A stretch of DNA of 64,000 bases. Source: Lama glama. Taxonomy: Eukaryota. Location: NCBI GenBank assembly GCA_028534125.1, contig CM052832.1, positions 11,534,001-11,598,000 on the forward strand, in the 5' to 3' direction. Below the pieces are notes generated by a model, which did not search any database, was not told where the DNA came from, and was given only the letters and a program-made list of their open reading frames with translations. Position 1 is the stretch's first letter; each line of letters begins with the position of its first letter. Shown here piece by piece: positions 1 to 14,363 of the stretch. A program made the position numbers and the translations under genes.

Positions 1-3000
1 CTGGCCTCAGTTTCCTCACTGGCCTCATCTCCCACCGTTCTTTCCCTTACCAACTGCCCCAGGCACACTGACCCCTCCTCATCACTCTTCCTCAGACATG
101 CCAGGGAGGCACACCTCAGGCCCTTTGCACTCGCTGTTGTACTCTCTGCCCTGAGTTCCCATGCTGGTTCTCTCCCTTTACTGAGGTCTCTACTCACACA
201 TCCCCTGGTCAGAGAGGCCCCCCCGATCACCCTACCTAACATGGCAGCCCTTCTCCCTTCACCGAGCTTTCCCTCTCCTTCAACCCCTGGCATCGTATCA
301 TAGACTCGATTTTCTGTTGGCTTAATATTCACCTTCCCCAGGAGACTGCCCCAGAAGGCGCCACCCAGAGTCCACACTCATAAATATTTGTTACCCAAGT
401 GGATGAATTCAAAGCCTGACTCTGCTATTTGGTAGCTCTATGGAAGTGAGCAAGCCACCTGGTCACCCTGAGCCTCAGTCTCCTGGTCTGGAACATGGTG
501 ACGACAATATCTGCTAGGTACAGTGGCAAGAATAAATGAAGCAGCACAGTGAGTAGGACCAGCACGTGCCCCGCAGACGGCAGCTGACCTCACCTCCCCT
601 TCTTGTGTCAGTGATGTTCAGAATGCTCTCCTTGCCCTAGGCTCCGGGACACCCACACACTTCCAGTGGTGGCTCTGTGATCTGCCAGGGGGACCTGCAG
701 GAGGCCCAAGGAAAAGACAGCCAGCGATGGGGTGGGGCTCCTACAGAAGGGTTCCACACTCGGGCTGGGGCAGCGCAGCTTCTGTGTAGAAGACCAGGCC
801 ATCTCGCCCTCCCTGCTACCTTCCCTCCTCTCCCGAGGCCTCAGAGAGACCGCCTCCGCCGGGCTGGGTGAGATGTCTCCTTCAGCCTCCCCTTGGCTAC
901 AGGAGGCCCAGCCAGTCACCCCAGAGCACGGTCTTCACTGCTTTCCTCAGGAGGGGTCCTTGGTGTAGGGTCAAAAGTATTGAAGGGAGGAAGGCAATTC
1001 ACAGCTCTTTTTTAATAGACTGGGAGATACATTTGCCCGTTTCTGAAGCTGTTAGGAAAGGAAATACTCTGTCCACTTCAAGTTCCACCTATTCAGTTTG
1101 AGGTTGAGATGCTTCCTTCAGTCTTTCGGGTCTGACATTTCCCAGAGAGGACCAGGGCCAGTGAACGTGGACAGCATTGAGTGTGCCCTGTGCGTGGAGT
1201 CTGAACAAAGCACTGGGGAGATACAAAGAGCAGGGGGTCCAGTGCCTGCCTTCGAGGGGCTGGCCTATGCCTGAGGGACCATGGGCTACAAGGACCGCAG
1301 GCCAGCTCATTAGGGCCACTAAATGCACCAGCACTGGGGACAGTGTAGTCTTCAACTGGGAAGTCTACAGTGTCTACATCTCTTGTGTTTAGATAATGGA
1401 GTAAGACACTTGCTTAGTCGGTTGACAAGTGACAGTTGTCACTTGACACAAGGGACAGAGAGTAACAGGTGCCTGGCAGATAAACGATGGAATCCAATGT
1501 AAAGGCTGCCGAAAGGGAAAGAATAAGGTCATGCCATAATAAGGACCTCTCAGCAGGCTAAACTCCCAGGGAGATACTGCATTTGGGATCAAAAGGATGA
1601 TCACTGAAATAGGATGCACCTTGACAACCATTCATAAAAATAGGAAAGGGTTTAAACTGACCACAAGTGTCACAGAGGACAGTGAGAAACCAAAACAGTG
1701 CTGCTGGAAAACCAGAACAGCGCTAGGGAGGCTGTCTGGTCTAAACATTTATCTCTTTGGAACCAGAAAAAAATGGGCTCGAATCCCAGCCCTGCCACCT
1801 ATTGGCTGTGTGACCTTGGGTTATTCACCACCCTCTCTGAGCCTCAGAATATTACTGAAATGAGATAGTAATACCTGCCCTGCTGGATTATTTTGAGAAT
1901 TAGCAATAAGGGAGTAGAGCACCTAGGTGAGCGTCTAGGAGAACTGGGCAGAACCTGGCATATAGAAGGCACTCGATAAACGGTGATTGTTGGTAATTCA
2001 CCTCCTGTAGAAATAAAGCATGTAAAATTTTAAAAGCTAGGAGAACTCTTCTCTATCCTGCCCTTCTCAGTCCTGTCTGGAGTATTACGTCTGGATTTAG
2101 GCTCTGTACTCTAATTGAAAAGTCACTATGTCATTGAGCCCTTAGATGAGGGAACTGGACAGAGTCAGCCTGAAACTAAAGCTCCAGGTGCATGTGATAT
2201 TTCGTTGTTGTTGTTAAAGTATTTAAAGAACCATCAAATTATGAAGGAGGATGTTGTGCTCCAAAGATCCAAAGTAGAAGTGAAAAGTTAATGGGGTAGA
2301 TCTCAGCTCTGAGTAAGAGAAAACAGAGCTGCCCACAATGAAGTGTGCTCTCAGGCAAAGTAGTGAGCCCCCCGCCCCGGCATTATTGGGGCAGAAAGCA
2401 GATGACCATCGTCAGAGATGTTAGAAAAGGAATTTCTGAATCCAGAGCCCTTGCAACCAAACAAACCTGGATTTGGACCCAGGTTCCTGAAGTTAGCTGT
2501 GTGGCCTTGGCCAGATTAACTTTTTTGAACCTCCATGCCCTTATCTGTAAAATGGGGGCAATAATACCTCCAATGAGTATTAGAAGGATTAAATCTGATT
2601 GCATCGAGAAAGCACCTGGCCCATAGTAGATTTTCCCCTCCATGGAGTGGAATGCAGGGCTGCGTGACTTCTAAGATGGCTTCTGTGAGGCTAAGAAATG
2701 CTGTACCATCACAGAGAGCCTCTGAGGGATGAGCAGACCCCACCACCAGGCTGGGAAAGGACAGGCTCCACACAGCACACGAGCAAGCAGCGTGCAGCCA
2801 ACAGTGGCAGTCGGCATGCCTGGGGACACAGCCCTCACCTAGCTCTTGCCGGGGTCCTGTCGCCCGTCTTGTGGGCAGGGCATTTGAGCATGGTTCTCAG
2901 CCCTGGGTGCACATGGAGTTAATCAGGCTTGGGAGGGAAGCCGAAAATAGGAGACGTGATTTGAGGCTCGAGAATTTGGCATCTCATCTTGTGCAAAGTA

Positions 3001-3368
3001 AGATGTGAGCCAGGTTAGTAATGTCTTCTTGGTTTGTGAAGGGCTATGTATCAGAGAAGGGGGAATTGCCATTTTGCATTTTCCATGGGGACTCAACAGG
3101 CAATGCGTGAACTCCACTGTAAAAGAATCAGTAGCGATATGAGGAAGGATTCTCTGCCAGTGACGGATGTTGGCCGTGGGAGGGACAGTGACCTTGGGGG
3201 CTTTCAGCTGAGCAGAGACTGCCGTCCAAAGGAGGCGGATGAAGCGAACGCCTTTCCAAAAGCCTCAGGAGGACTCCCAGGGGCCCCTTTCATCTGCTCT
3301 AAACATCACACTTTTCTCTTTACCTTTCTTCCTCACTGGAGTAAACCATCAGCATCTCCCTCCTCCAG

Positions 3369-3453
3369 GTATCTCAGAAAACACAACTGTGCCCTCAGCT
3401 CCAGACCCGATGGAAGAGAAGCTGCGATTACAGCTGGAGGAGGAAAAGAGAAG
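3369..3453 (+). CDS. KIF6: KIF6 internal coding exon (85 bp): (G)ISENTTVPSAPDPMEEKLRLQLEEEKR(R)
   Basis: Acceptor ctccag at 3363-3368, donor gtgccc at 3454. Translation resembles the human KIF6 coiled-coil segment GISENMAVPLMPDQQEEKLRSQLEEEKRR. Phase 2 joins the next exon. Upstream exons lie outside the window. Confidence 0.92.
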
Positions 3454-4640
3454 GTGCCCTTTCTTTTTGCCGCACACACCCTGACCCCAGCCACAGAGGG
3501 TGCTGGGGACGACCTGGAGCTATTGGGGCAGAGCAGGGTGGCCACGCGCACCACCCCTCTCCAGGCCTGGAGCTACTCTGGGAAGCCAATCCGAAAATAA
3601 CTGGAGGAAGGCAGATGTAAAATGCAGGAGGCCGAGGCAGTGTGAGGTTGGAATGGGGAGCAGAAGGCCGGGCCAGGCTCCGGAGCCAGGATCCAGGAGT
3701 CTGGCAGGGAGAGCTGGTTGCCCTGGGCCCCTCCCCAGCCCGGGTCCCAGGCTGCAGCTCGGGAAGCCGCTGGTCTTGTCTGCTGCTGCCATCTAGGGGA
3801 GCCAAGAAGTATGACCATAGAGGGCTTCCCCCCCCAACCCCCGCCAGCCTGCAGCTTCGCCCCTCTTCTCTCCTGAGTCTCCTCATGGGCAAGGTATCCT
3901 GAGAACATCAGACCCTCCTGCAGCCATTTAGGGTCCCCAAATGGTTTAACCTGCAGAGGGAGGCACCTCAAGCATAAACAGACATGTGGCTGTTCCTGAT
4001 GCAAGTTTCGCAGTTCATTCGTTCCTTGAGCCATTCAACAAACAAATGCTGGCTCTCTCCTCCGCCATGGAGGGCTTTGGGGGAGACCAGACAGGAAACC
4101 TTCCTTGCTCTCAAGGTGCCGATACTGTCACTGCAACACACGCCACCCCTGGGCTGGCTGGGCATGCACCATGAGCAAACCCTGTCACCCTGCCCGCCCC
4201 CCACCCCCAGGTGGCCTGGATTCACATCCTGACTCCTGTCTTTATTAGCTCTGTGCTACAGAGCAGGTTCCTTAACCTCTCCATGCCTCAGGTGCCTGAT
4301 CTTTAAGGGGAGGGGATAATAATAGCATCTTCCACACAGGGCTGTGAAGAGGATTCATGGGTTTGTATTGTCAGTGCCTAGAGCGATGCCTGCCCCTTCA
4401 GAGCCCAGCAGTGGGGGTTATCATCCTTGGAGAGGGTTGTTCCTCCCACACACACAGCCCCGCGGGCCCATGGACAGAAACACCACACCCTGGTCTCGGT
4501 GGGCCACTCTAAGGTCCCAGTCCCCAGCACCAGGGCTGCCCTGCCAGGCTTCTGTGGCTCAGGCCCTGCAGCTGACAGTCCATTTGGAGCCGTCCTTCCC
4601 TGCCAGTGACTCTGAGGACTCTCCTCTGATTCCACCTTAG

Positions 4641-4776
4641 GTATAAAACCATGTTCACACGCCTGAAGGCCCTGAAGGTGGAGATCGAGCACTTGCAGTT
4701 ACTCATGGACAAGGCCAAGGTGAAGCTGCAGAAAGAGTTTGATGCCTGGTGGGCAGAGGAGGCCACCAGCCTGCAG
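4641..4776 (+). CDS. KIF6: KIF6 coding exon (136 bp): YKTMFTRLKALKVEIEHLQLLMDKAKVKLQKEFDAWWAEEATSLQ
   Basis: Acceptor ccttag, donor gtactg. Near-identical to the human KIF6 segment as recalled. Frame is continuous with both flanking exons. Confidence 0.96.
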
Positions 4777-7099
4777 GTACTGGCAGCCGTGCCCCTCGCT
4801 GCCCCAGAGCCCGCCCTCCTCCCATGGCCTGGGGAATGTCAGCGCAGCTAGGGAGGGGCCAGACACACAGCCCCAGGGGTAGGGGCGGGGGGGGGGGGGC
4901 CTTCGACACAGACTCACATGCTCTCAGCCCCTGGCTTGTGAGGCAGCTACTTGTGTTAGTAACAAGGAATGGCAGTGGTCAGGGCACACTAACACGTTGA
5001 GAGGTGGCAGGGGGAGCTGAACTCCCCAAGCCGGTGGATTGGCTGCCACTGCCTTGTGTGACATCGATTGTTTTTTATTACAGTCATGAACACATGGTAT
5101 AAATGCTAGAAAATACAGAAAAACACAAAGTAAAATCACTGTACTCTCACCACTTAAGGATAACCAATGATAACATGTTGGATTTTATTTTTTATATTTT
5201 CATGCATATACATCCATATACCTTTATAAAAATGGAATCATATTGGTCTTCAAGAATCACAAACGGCTTTTATTTTTACTTCATTGTACACATGCCAACT
5301 CTTCCATGTCATTATTCCATGACATCATTCCAATGGCTGTCACTGTTCAAGCACATGGATTTATTTTAATGTATTTAATCTCCTATTGTTTAATGTTTAG
5401 GTTGTTTTGGGGTTGTGTCACTGGAAACATTTCTGAATATACATGTTTGCATATTTCCTAAACAGATTCCTAGAAGTTCTCTATAATATTATGAAGCCTA
5501 AAATAGCCTATTAAGAGGTGTTAGTATGAACCCCCCAGTTCTGACTGTCCTCACGTGACCCTTGCTGTGTACAATAAAGATGAAATACACATAATCGGAT
5601 CACTTGTGTGGCTGGCAGACCCCTCAGGGGTTACCTTACAGGCTGATCGCTTCATTGTAAGGACAGGGAAACTGAGAGCCAGAGGACAGATTTTCCAAGG
5701 ACACAACCAAGCAGTAACCCACACGTTACCAAGAGGCCTTGTGACTAGACAAGGGAAAAGCATATTTGGATAAAGTTAAATGCACAAGATGGAAATACAG
5801 TTATCATGATATTTTAATAACAAAGTTACGGTATAGTAATATGTATGTCATTTTACAAATGCATTAATTAATAAGATCTAGGGGCTCGACAGTTACCATA
5901 ATTTCAAAGCAGTGATGAACACAATATTGCAAGGTTTCTGCAACAGCTGTAATGTAATCTGAAAACATCTGTAATTTCTCCTGATGGCAGAGCCTCTCGT
6001 ACCACCACAGACTACTGTGGTTCGTTGTCTACATTCAGTTGTTGGAAAAATGCTAAATTGCAGGTAGAAATTAGGAAAAATGAAGACGTCATTGGTTCAG
6101 TCACGTTCACAGCGCCCCCGGGTTCTGTCTGTTCTCCAGCTAGGAACCCTTCCTCATGGCGTGGTCAGTGAGTGAGGCGTCAGCCACTGCCGGTGCCCAC
6201 GGGCATCCAGCCACTGGACGGTGATGAGGGCCATCCCATGTGACTCAGGAAGAGTCCAGGCAGGGCTGACAGATTCAGACAGTTTGTTACTCACGTAGAC
6301 AGTGATGGCCAGAGCAGTCAAGGTGTCAGCTCCGCGTGTCCTCCGCCCCACAGGATGCCACTGAAACAGAAGGGACCAGGTCACTGCAGCAGGGATGGTG
6401 GGGCACCCTGTAGCTGAGGAGCCAATTCTCTGCGGCTACTAAGGCATTTTATAACCTGTGGACGTACCTGAGTTGGGTGAAGCAGAAAGCCTTCGACCTC
6501 ATCAGAACATGGGAGGTAATGAGAACCTGTCAAGGGAGACAGGGAGGCCAGTGGGAAATGGCCTTGCAGCAGCTTCCCACAAGCCTCCCAGGCTCCCATC
6601 TTCTGGGAGAATCACAGGCGTCTGCCAAGACTCAGATCAGCTGCAGTTTAATCCCCGCTCAGGAGCCTGTGTGGAGACACGCACAGTTCCAGCACCCACC
6701 ATGGCGGAGCTGCCCCTACATGAATTGCTCAGTGCATCTCTCCTGACTGCTAGCATCTCCTCAGGACAGGGGAAAGCAAAACCAGAAAGGACTTCTGGAG
6801 AACTTTCAGGTCACATTTTAAACTTTTCCCCCCAACTACAAAAGTAATACCTGCTTAATTTGGAGAACTTAGAAAACACAGGAACACACAAAGAATAAAT
6901 CAAGCATTACCCATTTTCCTGCCATCCAAAGGTAATGTTTTGATATCCATCACTATGGTCATGACTACGTCTAGATTTTTTTCCCGCACGTGTTGTATCT
7001 ACCAACTTTTATAGCCGGATTTTTCCCCTTACATCAGAGATGTTTTCCCGTGTCATTAGATTCACACTAACACTATGAAACTTTTTCTTGGACCAACAG

Positions 7100-7197
7100 G
7101 TAAACTCCCCACCAGTGAATTCATTCAGTCACATGAAGCCCTTTCCCCAGACGCCAGAATCCCAGCACGAGAGGTCCCAGCTTCTCTCTAACCAGAG
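7100..7197 (+). CDS. KIF6: KIF6 coding exon (98 bp): VNSPPVNSFSHMKPFPQTPESQHERSQLLSNQ(S)
   Basis: Acceptor ctttttcttggaccaacag, donor gtaagg. Resembles human VNSPAVNSLDHTKPFLQTSDSQHEWSQLLSNK. Too short for the ORF track. Confidence 0.9.
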
Positions 7198-7924
7198 GTA
7201 AGGAGGGAACCCTGCGGCAGGGTTAGGTTGCCCAGAAAAGTCCCTACCTCTCCTCAACCTGCTCTCACTGCTCTGAATGTCTCTCTATAGGCTGCACGAC
7301 CCGGAAGGATGAATGGCTTTTCACTGTTAAATTAGTTGAGGATACTCAGGCCAGTGGCCTGCAGTCCTCCAGCCCTGTCCCCCTGGCACTGACCGCCAGT
7401 GGACCCACTGCCCCGGTAACAGGAGACAAGAGGTTTAACCAAATCATGCAAGCCTGGTCCTGCCCCTGGGTCAGAAGAAGGTTGGCAGTAGTGGGGTGCG
7501 GGGGGGCGGTAATGTTGGTGTAAGGCAGAGGGGAGTTGGCCTGCCCAGACCCAGAGGAGCTCTGGTAAATGACTCCACCCTGGCACAGACTCAGGAGAGA
7601 CGTGGGCACCTCCCCTGAGGACGGCCCAGAGCCAGAGTCCCTGAGTGATGGCACGATCCAGCACCGACCCCACTTCCCCACACACCACCTTCTGAAGGCA
7701 GGTTCCTTCTCCTGCCACCCACGTTGTTTTCTCTTTCCAACCGCACATCTCGGGTGCTAAAGCCAGTGGCACACGCCTCATCCACCCTCCATCCCTCAGG
7801 CAGACCCTGTAGCGTCATGACAGGGGCCAGGCCAGCATGAGTGGGACCTTGGCCTCCACCACCATTGACAGAGTTTGAACAGAAGCTGAGCTCTTATGTC
7901 AGAAATGTGAAATAGAGCTTTTCA

Positions 7925-8420
7925 AAAGGGGGTTGATAGGGTTGCCAGGTAGTATCTCTGATGCGATGTGATGAGGCTGGCACTTTACCTCCGTGGTCTC
8001 CTCAAAAACCCATATCCCGGTTGAATCATGAGGAAGACCTCAGACAAGTCCCCGTTGAGGGACGTTCTACAAAATACCTGACCAGTACTCCCCCAAACTA
8101 TCAGATCGTCAAAAAACAGAAGAGTCTGAGAAACTGTCACAGACGAGGCGCCTCAGGAGATATGATGACAAAGCGTAACTCTGGGATGGGAGCCCAGATC
8201 AGAAAAAGCACATTAGGTAAAAACTAAGAAAATCCAAATAACTTATGGACTCTAGTTAACAATCACGTATCAGCGCTGGTTCATGAGCTGTGACAAAGGC
8301 GCCGCGCAAACGTAGATTGTGTAATAAGGGATACTGCGTATGGGTACACGGGAACTCTTTGAACCATCTCTGCAACTTTTCTGTAAATCAGAAACTATTA
8401 TTTGTAAAAAACAAAAACAA
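7925..8420 (+). mobile_element. Old L1 (L1MC-like) 3' fragment
   Basis: aatacctgaccagtactc, ctgagaaactgtcacag, gaactctttgaaccatctctgcaacttttctgtaaat plus an A-rich tail. Confidence 0.7.
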
Positions 8421-8689
8421 AAACTGCCAGTGAGCCGTCCACCCCCGGCTGTCGCTTTCCCTGGACCTCTCCGCCTCCCCCAACCTGGCCCTCAGGGCCA
8501 GCACTTCGCTTGTATCCTGCTTTTAGGGAACAGCTTCTGTGTGAGCCCCTAAGCCCCCGATCAGCAGCTGGCAAGTATGTTTTGTTTGGCTGCCCTCGTG
8601 TTTTAAAGGGCAGTGTAGACCCATAAAGGAAAGAATTGATAAGTCTGACTTTAATAATATGATGTATGTAAGTCACCATTATGCTATAC

Positions 8690-9976
8690 ATCTTAAACTT
8701 ACACAGTGCTGTATGTCAATTGCATCTCAATAAAACTAGGGAAAAAAAAAAAGAGGAGAGGGTGGAGGAGTGCCAGGCAAAAGTGCTGCGCTGTGAAAGA
8801 TACTGTTAAGAGAATGAAAAGATAAACCACCGACTGGGAGAAAATACTTGAAAAACATATATCTGATAAAGGACTTATATCCGCAATACAAAAACACTCA
8901 AAATTCAGCAATAAGAAAAACAACCCAATTTAAAAATGGACAAAAGATCGGAACGGCCTCCTCCCCAAAGATGAGCTGCAGATGGCAAATGAGTGTGTAA
9001 CAGGATGCTCAATGTCACATGTCACTGTGGAACTGCAAATGACTGCAACGAGACACCACGATGCACCTATGACAAAAGCTAAAATTAAAAAAAAAAAAAA
9101 CAGATACCACCAAATCCTCTTGAGGATGTGGAGCAACAGGAACTCTCATTCATTGCTGGTAGGAAAGCAAAATGGTACAGCCTCTTGGGGAAAGAGTTTG
9201 GTGGTTTCTTACTAAACTCAGCCTACTCTTACCCCATACAGCTCAGCAGTCGTGCTCTTTTGTGTTTGCCCAAGTGAGCTGAGAACTTACATCCACAAAA
9301 AACCTTCATATGGTTACTTACAGCAACTTTATTCATAATTGCCTAAAATCAGAAGCAACCAAGATGTCCTTCAAAAGGTGAATGGATTAAACCAACTGTG
9401 GTGCATCTGTGCCGTGGAATATTATTCAGGGATAAAAAAGAGTGAGCTATTGAGCCATGAAAATGCCAGGAGGAACCTTAAATGCGTATCACTAAATGAT
9501 GAAGCCAGTCTGAAAAGGCTACATACTGTAGGCTTCCTGGAAAAGTAGACATGTAAACATTCTGGAAAAGGCAGAACTGTGGACACAGGTAGAAAGATCA
9601 GCAGTTGCCAGAAGGAGGGGAGAGGGGAGAGTGGAAAGGATGAATGAGAGGGACACGGGATTTTTAAGGCAGTGAAATGATGCTGGGTGGTACTGCAATG
9701 GTAGATAAATGATATGCATTTGTCAAAATCCATATAGAGCTGTACAAAAGGAAGAGTGAACCCTGGTGTAAGCTGTGGACATTAGTTAATAATAACGGAT
9801 CGATATTGGCATATCAGTTGTAACAAATGCACATCACTAATGCAAGGTGTCAGTAATAGGAGAAAGTACAAGGGGGGAGAGAGGTTATATGAGAGTTCAG
9901 TGTACTCTCTGCTCAGTTTTCTGTAAACCTAAAACTTCTCTAAAAAACAGTCCATTTGTTAAAAAATAAAATAAAA
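8690..9976 (+). mobile_element. L1M (MC/MD-like) ORF2 end and 3' UTR, preceded by a short separate L1 3' end with poly(A)
   Basis: gactgggagaaaatac...atatctgataaaggactt; gaggatgtggagcaacaggaactctcattcattgctggt; ends tctgtaaacctaaaac...aaaaaataaaataaaa. Confidence 0.85.
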
Positions 9977-12900
9977 GGCAGTGTACATAGGCAGCTGCCC
10001 TGCTCCAGGGCCGTACAGGCAGCTCAGCATTCGTATCCACACAGGCCCTCTCTGCATTCACTTGGGGACCTGCCAGCCTCCAGGGTACTTGAGTTTGCAA
10101 CCCCTGGACATGCCTCCTGCCCCACATAGGGCCCCCTCGCTGAAGCCCCAGGACTCCGCGAAGCATGTTTGAAAAACACTAGTCCAGCCAGCCTAGAGGA
10201 CAGAGCTTCCCCCAGTCACTGGTCTGGCGAGTTCTGAGCCTCCCATGTGTCTGCCTCTGGAGAATGGCCCTCCTCCCAACTGAGGGGCTTCTCTGAACCC
10301 CTGGTTACTTCCCCTGCCTCTTCTTTGACCTCTTTCATACCTCCTACCGGTAGGAATATATTCCCTATTCCTACCAGTAAATAGGGAGCTCCAACTCTCA
10401 TTTTTCTTTTGTTTCAAGACAATGAATGTGTGTGTGTGTCTCAGGAGAGGCCTAGTAAACCCGCTCCAGGGCTGTAAGGTGGAAATAGACTGTGCCTGCC
10501 AAGTGAAGTTCAGAACCTTGGATTTCAAAGGTGTGTATCAAGATTACCCATGGGAGCTTCTCCAGAAACCTTGCTCACAGAGCTCTACCCCACACTCCTT
10601 TGATGAGGCTGGAAGAGGGTCTTTGGGGAGAGGGCTCTCAGGCGGGCCCTGGCGTGCTGCTCAGACTCTGCCTCCGGTGCTCTGGTGGGGTATCTGACCC
10701 TCGGCGGAGATAACCAAGTGTCCTGAAAAGTGTTTGTTAAGACACCTTGACTGTGAGCGGTTGGCACCCCTAGATTCCCTCCCACACAGTAGTGTTTAGA
10801 TACCAAAAATCATGGGCGGAAAGGTTGCAGGAGACTGGTGAGAGGGAAGGGTCCCTGCTAGAGACTGCAAAGGGAGAGGTCTAGGGCTCCACCTCTGATG
10901 AAGAAATCACCTGCCCCTGCTTTAGAAAGCTGGCAGAGAAGAGCTGACAGAAGCTCACGGGTCTACCAAGGGTGAGGCGGGGAGGACACCCTGTCCCTGG
11001 TCATTGTGGCTTTGCAGACTTTCTCTGTGAACAGCCAACAGTGGAAGATTAGTTGTTAATGTCTTAAATTCTCCAAGGAGACAGCAGTGTCTTTCTTCTC
11101 TTATGGTAATAATATCCCTGTCATTTATCGAGGGCCCTACAGGCCAGGCATTGAACAAATGTGTGATGTATGTGCTGTTGTTGTGCCCATTTTACAGATG
11201 AGAACACTTAGGCTCCAAGAGATCAACTAATCTGCTAGGGTCATCCAGCTAATAAGGGGTGAGACCAGGATTGGAACCCAAGCCTGTCCGCATCTGGCCA
11301 CCCCTCCCCTCACTCCTCACGTCAGCTTCCTTTAACCTTAATGGCTGTCCTTTAGGGGCACGTGCATATCCTGTTGTTTAGTAAAGGGTGGCATTTTCCG
11401 AACTATATTCTGTGCTATTTCATTACAAATGAGTTTTCTTCATATTCTCCCAAACACCAGGTCCTCCTGCTTGGGGTCCACACTCTTTCAATGTGTCCAT
11501 GGTCTGATTGTCCCAAGAGGCCAGGACTTTCAAAGAGCAAAATGATGGCTCCTTAGAAGACCAACCTTGGTCTAGAAAACCAGAGCTCCCAGTTATTGGC
11601 CTCATCATCTCAGCTGAGAAACCCTGAAATGAGGTCCCCACCCCCCCCATTTCACGAATGAGAAAACTAAGTCCCAGGAAGGGACTGAGATGTTCTGAAC
11701 TCTGTCATTAATAAGAGAATAGCTGTGGCCTCAGCCCAAACTTCAGAGTCCACACTGAATAGCATTTTCCCCTTCCTTCCCGCCACCCTGCTCCCCTGCC
11801 CCATCCTCTCTTGGCTTCACCCCTCACTCCCTTGTCTCCCCCACCTCCACTTTCTTGCTCTACCTAATTAGCCCCGCCTACATTCTTTTTCTCCCTCTTT
11901 CTCATCTTCCTCCCTATGCTCCTCCCCTCTTCTTCCGTACTCCCTCTCAGCCAAGGTCACTCTCTGTTGCTTATCCATCTGTCCATCCCACTGTCAGCTT
12001 CTCTGAGTGTCCACCCCGGAATGGGCCTAAGAACTGGCCACTGGGCACGCCTCCTGGGATCTCCCTGGGACAGAAACCACTGATGGAACCCTCCCCCAAC
12101 TTCCACCTTCTCTGAGAAGCAGCGCCTATCCTGGCCCCAGCCTCCCTGGATACTCTTCAGGTATCCCAAGTTAAGGTGATCGCTGGATATGTCTGCCAAG
12201 AGATCCTTAACCTTGAATCTCAAATATGCCCATCAGCTCACCATGGGTCACCAGCAAGGAGCCCCTCAATTTAGACTTTCCCAAAGGGTGTATCAAGCAA
12301 ACTTTCATCACAGCTCTTCCAAGCAGCAGGCCCTTGGGCAAGCCAGCTACCCCTCGGGGGGTTCCCTCATCTCATCTGTCAGATGCATCAAGGCCCCTGT
12401 GACACTCGTTCCATGATCAGGGCGGGGTCCCGGGGCCAATGAAGAGCTGCAGGAGTCAGGGAGTGAGAGTCCAGCTGGCTGTTTCGGGCTGAGCCCCGGA
12501 GAGGATGATAGCCCCTCTGCAGGTGGGGCCGATCCTCTTCTCCTCAGGTTCTGACAGAAACCTGACTCCATCACTTCCCCAGGGATGCTCAGGGCCTGGG
12601 GACTGATCACACTCAACTCACAACACTCTGATGGGCAACCCAGGAAACCTAATTATTATTAATATTACTTACTAACTCTTGTTAAGAAAGAGATAATTAA
12701 TTCTGATGGCTGGTGTGCTCTCTCTCCAGAAGGAATGTCAATGTGAGAAATGAGTTCACTGTCAAGGGCTAGTGGGTCAGGAGATAGGGCAAAAGTAATT
12801 TGTGGTGTGAGCCTGAGGGTTCAGACCTGGAGCTGTGGCATCTGAGGATGCTCGAGCAGCTTCGGGGCCGGAGGAGTCGCTCCCCTCCAGAGCCCCGAGC

Positions 12901-14363
12901 CTTCACACTGTGCCCTCCTCCTGCATGAGCTGGTCGGGGCAACAGGCCGGGCAGCTGGGCCTCTGCAGAGGGTGCCGGATGCCCTCATGTGCCCTGGTGA
13001 GATCACGCCTCTGCCCTATCACATCCATCTCTGCCCTCTTCCACCCACTCCCAACCCTCCACAGGTGGTGCCTGTGGGCGCTCCCTGCAATCTTAGATAA
13101 GGCTCAGCTGGGAATCCATTGAGGTCATGAGCCATTTGTGTGCCAATTACTTGATCATGCGAGACTTGCTACAGCTTCCACACTGACCTTGACCTGGTGT
13201 CTTTGAAGCACCTGCCGGTTGGAAAGCCCTTTCTCCTCCCCTTGTTGAGGCCAGCTCCAGGAACCATTCTGAAGGGGCCCTGGTAACTGGTCACTGTTCT
13301 CCAAAGGAAAGCTCTCAAAGCCTGCCACCTTGTGGCTGCCTGTGGTCCTACAGCAGCCCTCACCGGACAGCACAGATCCTCAACTCCCCCAAACTCAGTG
13401 GAGAGTCTCTGGAATATTGGGAAATAGATATCTGAAAAAAAAAAAAAAATCCCAAGCTCTGATTTCCTTTCCTATTTGTAGGACCCACAATCCTGAACCT
13501 GTGGAGTCCCACCCAGAGTAAGAGGTCCTGCCGCCGACTGAGATGGAAGAGGGCAGAAAGCTGGAGCTGGCGAAGCAGCTGTGTTCATGGCTGGGCCAGC
13601 AGGTTGTCGGGCTGGTGGAGTGCCTTGGGCTGATGATGCAGGCTGGGCAAGGCTGGAGCACCTGTCTCTAACCCTGGCCCACCTCTTAGCCCTAGAATCC
13701 CCATCTGTAAAAGGAGGGTTCAGACCGGGTGACTTTTTAGGCCTTTCCCAGCTCTGACGTTGGGTCTAGGCAGGACCAGGGCAAAGCAAAGGAGAGGATC
13801 CCATCATGTCACTGGCATCCCAGGACAGCTTGCCTCCTCACCTCCCAAGGAGGGGCTGCTGGGTTCCACTGTTTGCAACCACGAATCCAAGGCAAGGAGC
13901 CCACATCGGGAAGCCTAGTGAAATGGGCAAAACTGCATCTGCAAGAGCTATTGGATCCGACTTGTCACTCAGGGAGCACAGAGCTGATCAGCCAGGGCCA
14001 CCCAGGGTCAGTCTGTGTGGTAAGCCATGTTTCTCCAGCATGTGTTTCCTCAGAACACCACAGAGTCAAGTCTGGTTAGTAAAGCATGAGTTCTGAAGCC
14101 TCACAGAGTTGTGATTAGATCCAGATACTGCCACCTACCAGCTGGCAGAATGTCTTTAGCCTTGCTCAGCCTCAGCTTTCTCATCTATATAATGGGGATG
14201 ATGAGGCTATTGAGAGAATCCAGTGGTGTGATTGCAGAGCACCTTTCCAGGACCTGATATGTAGACAGTGTCTATAAATGACAGTTGTGATCATTATTTT
14301 TGTTCAACTTCCACAGCCAGTATATGCAATGTTCTAACAATGGAAATTAATGTATAAACCATC

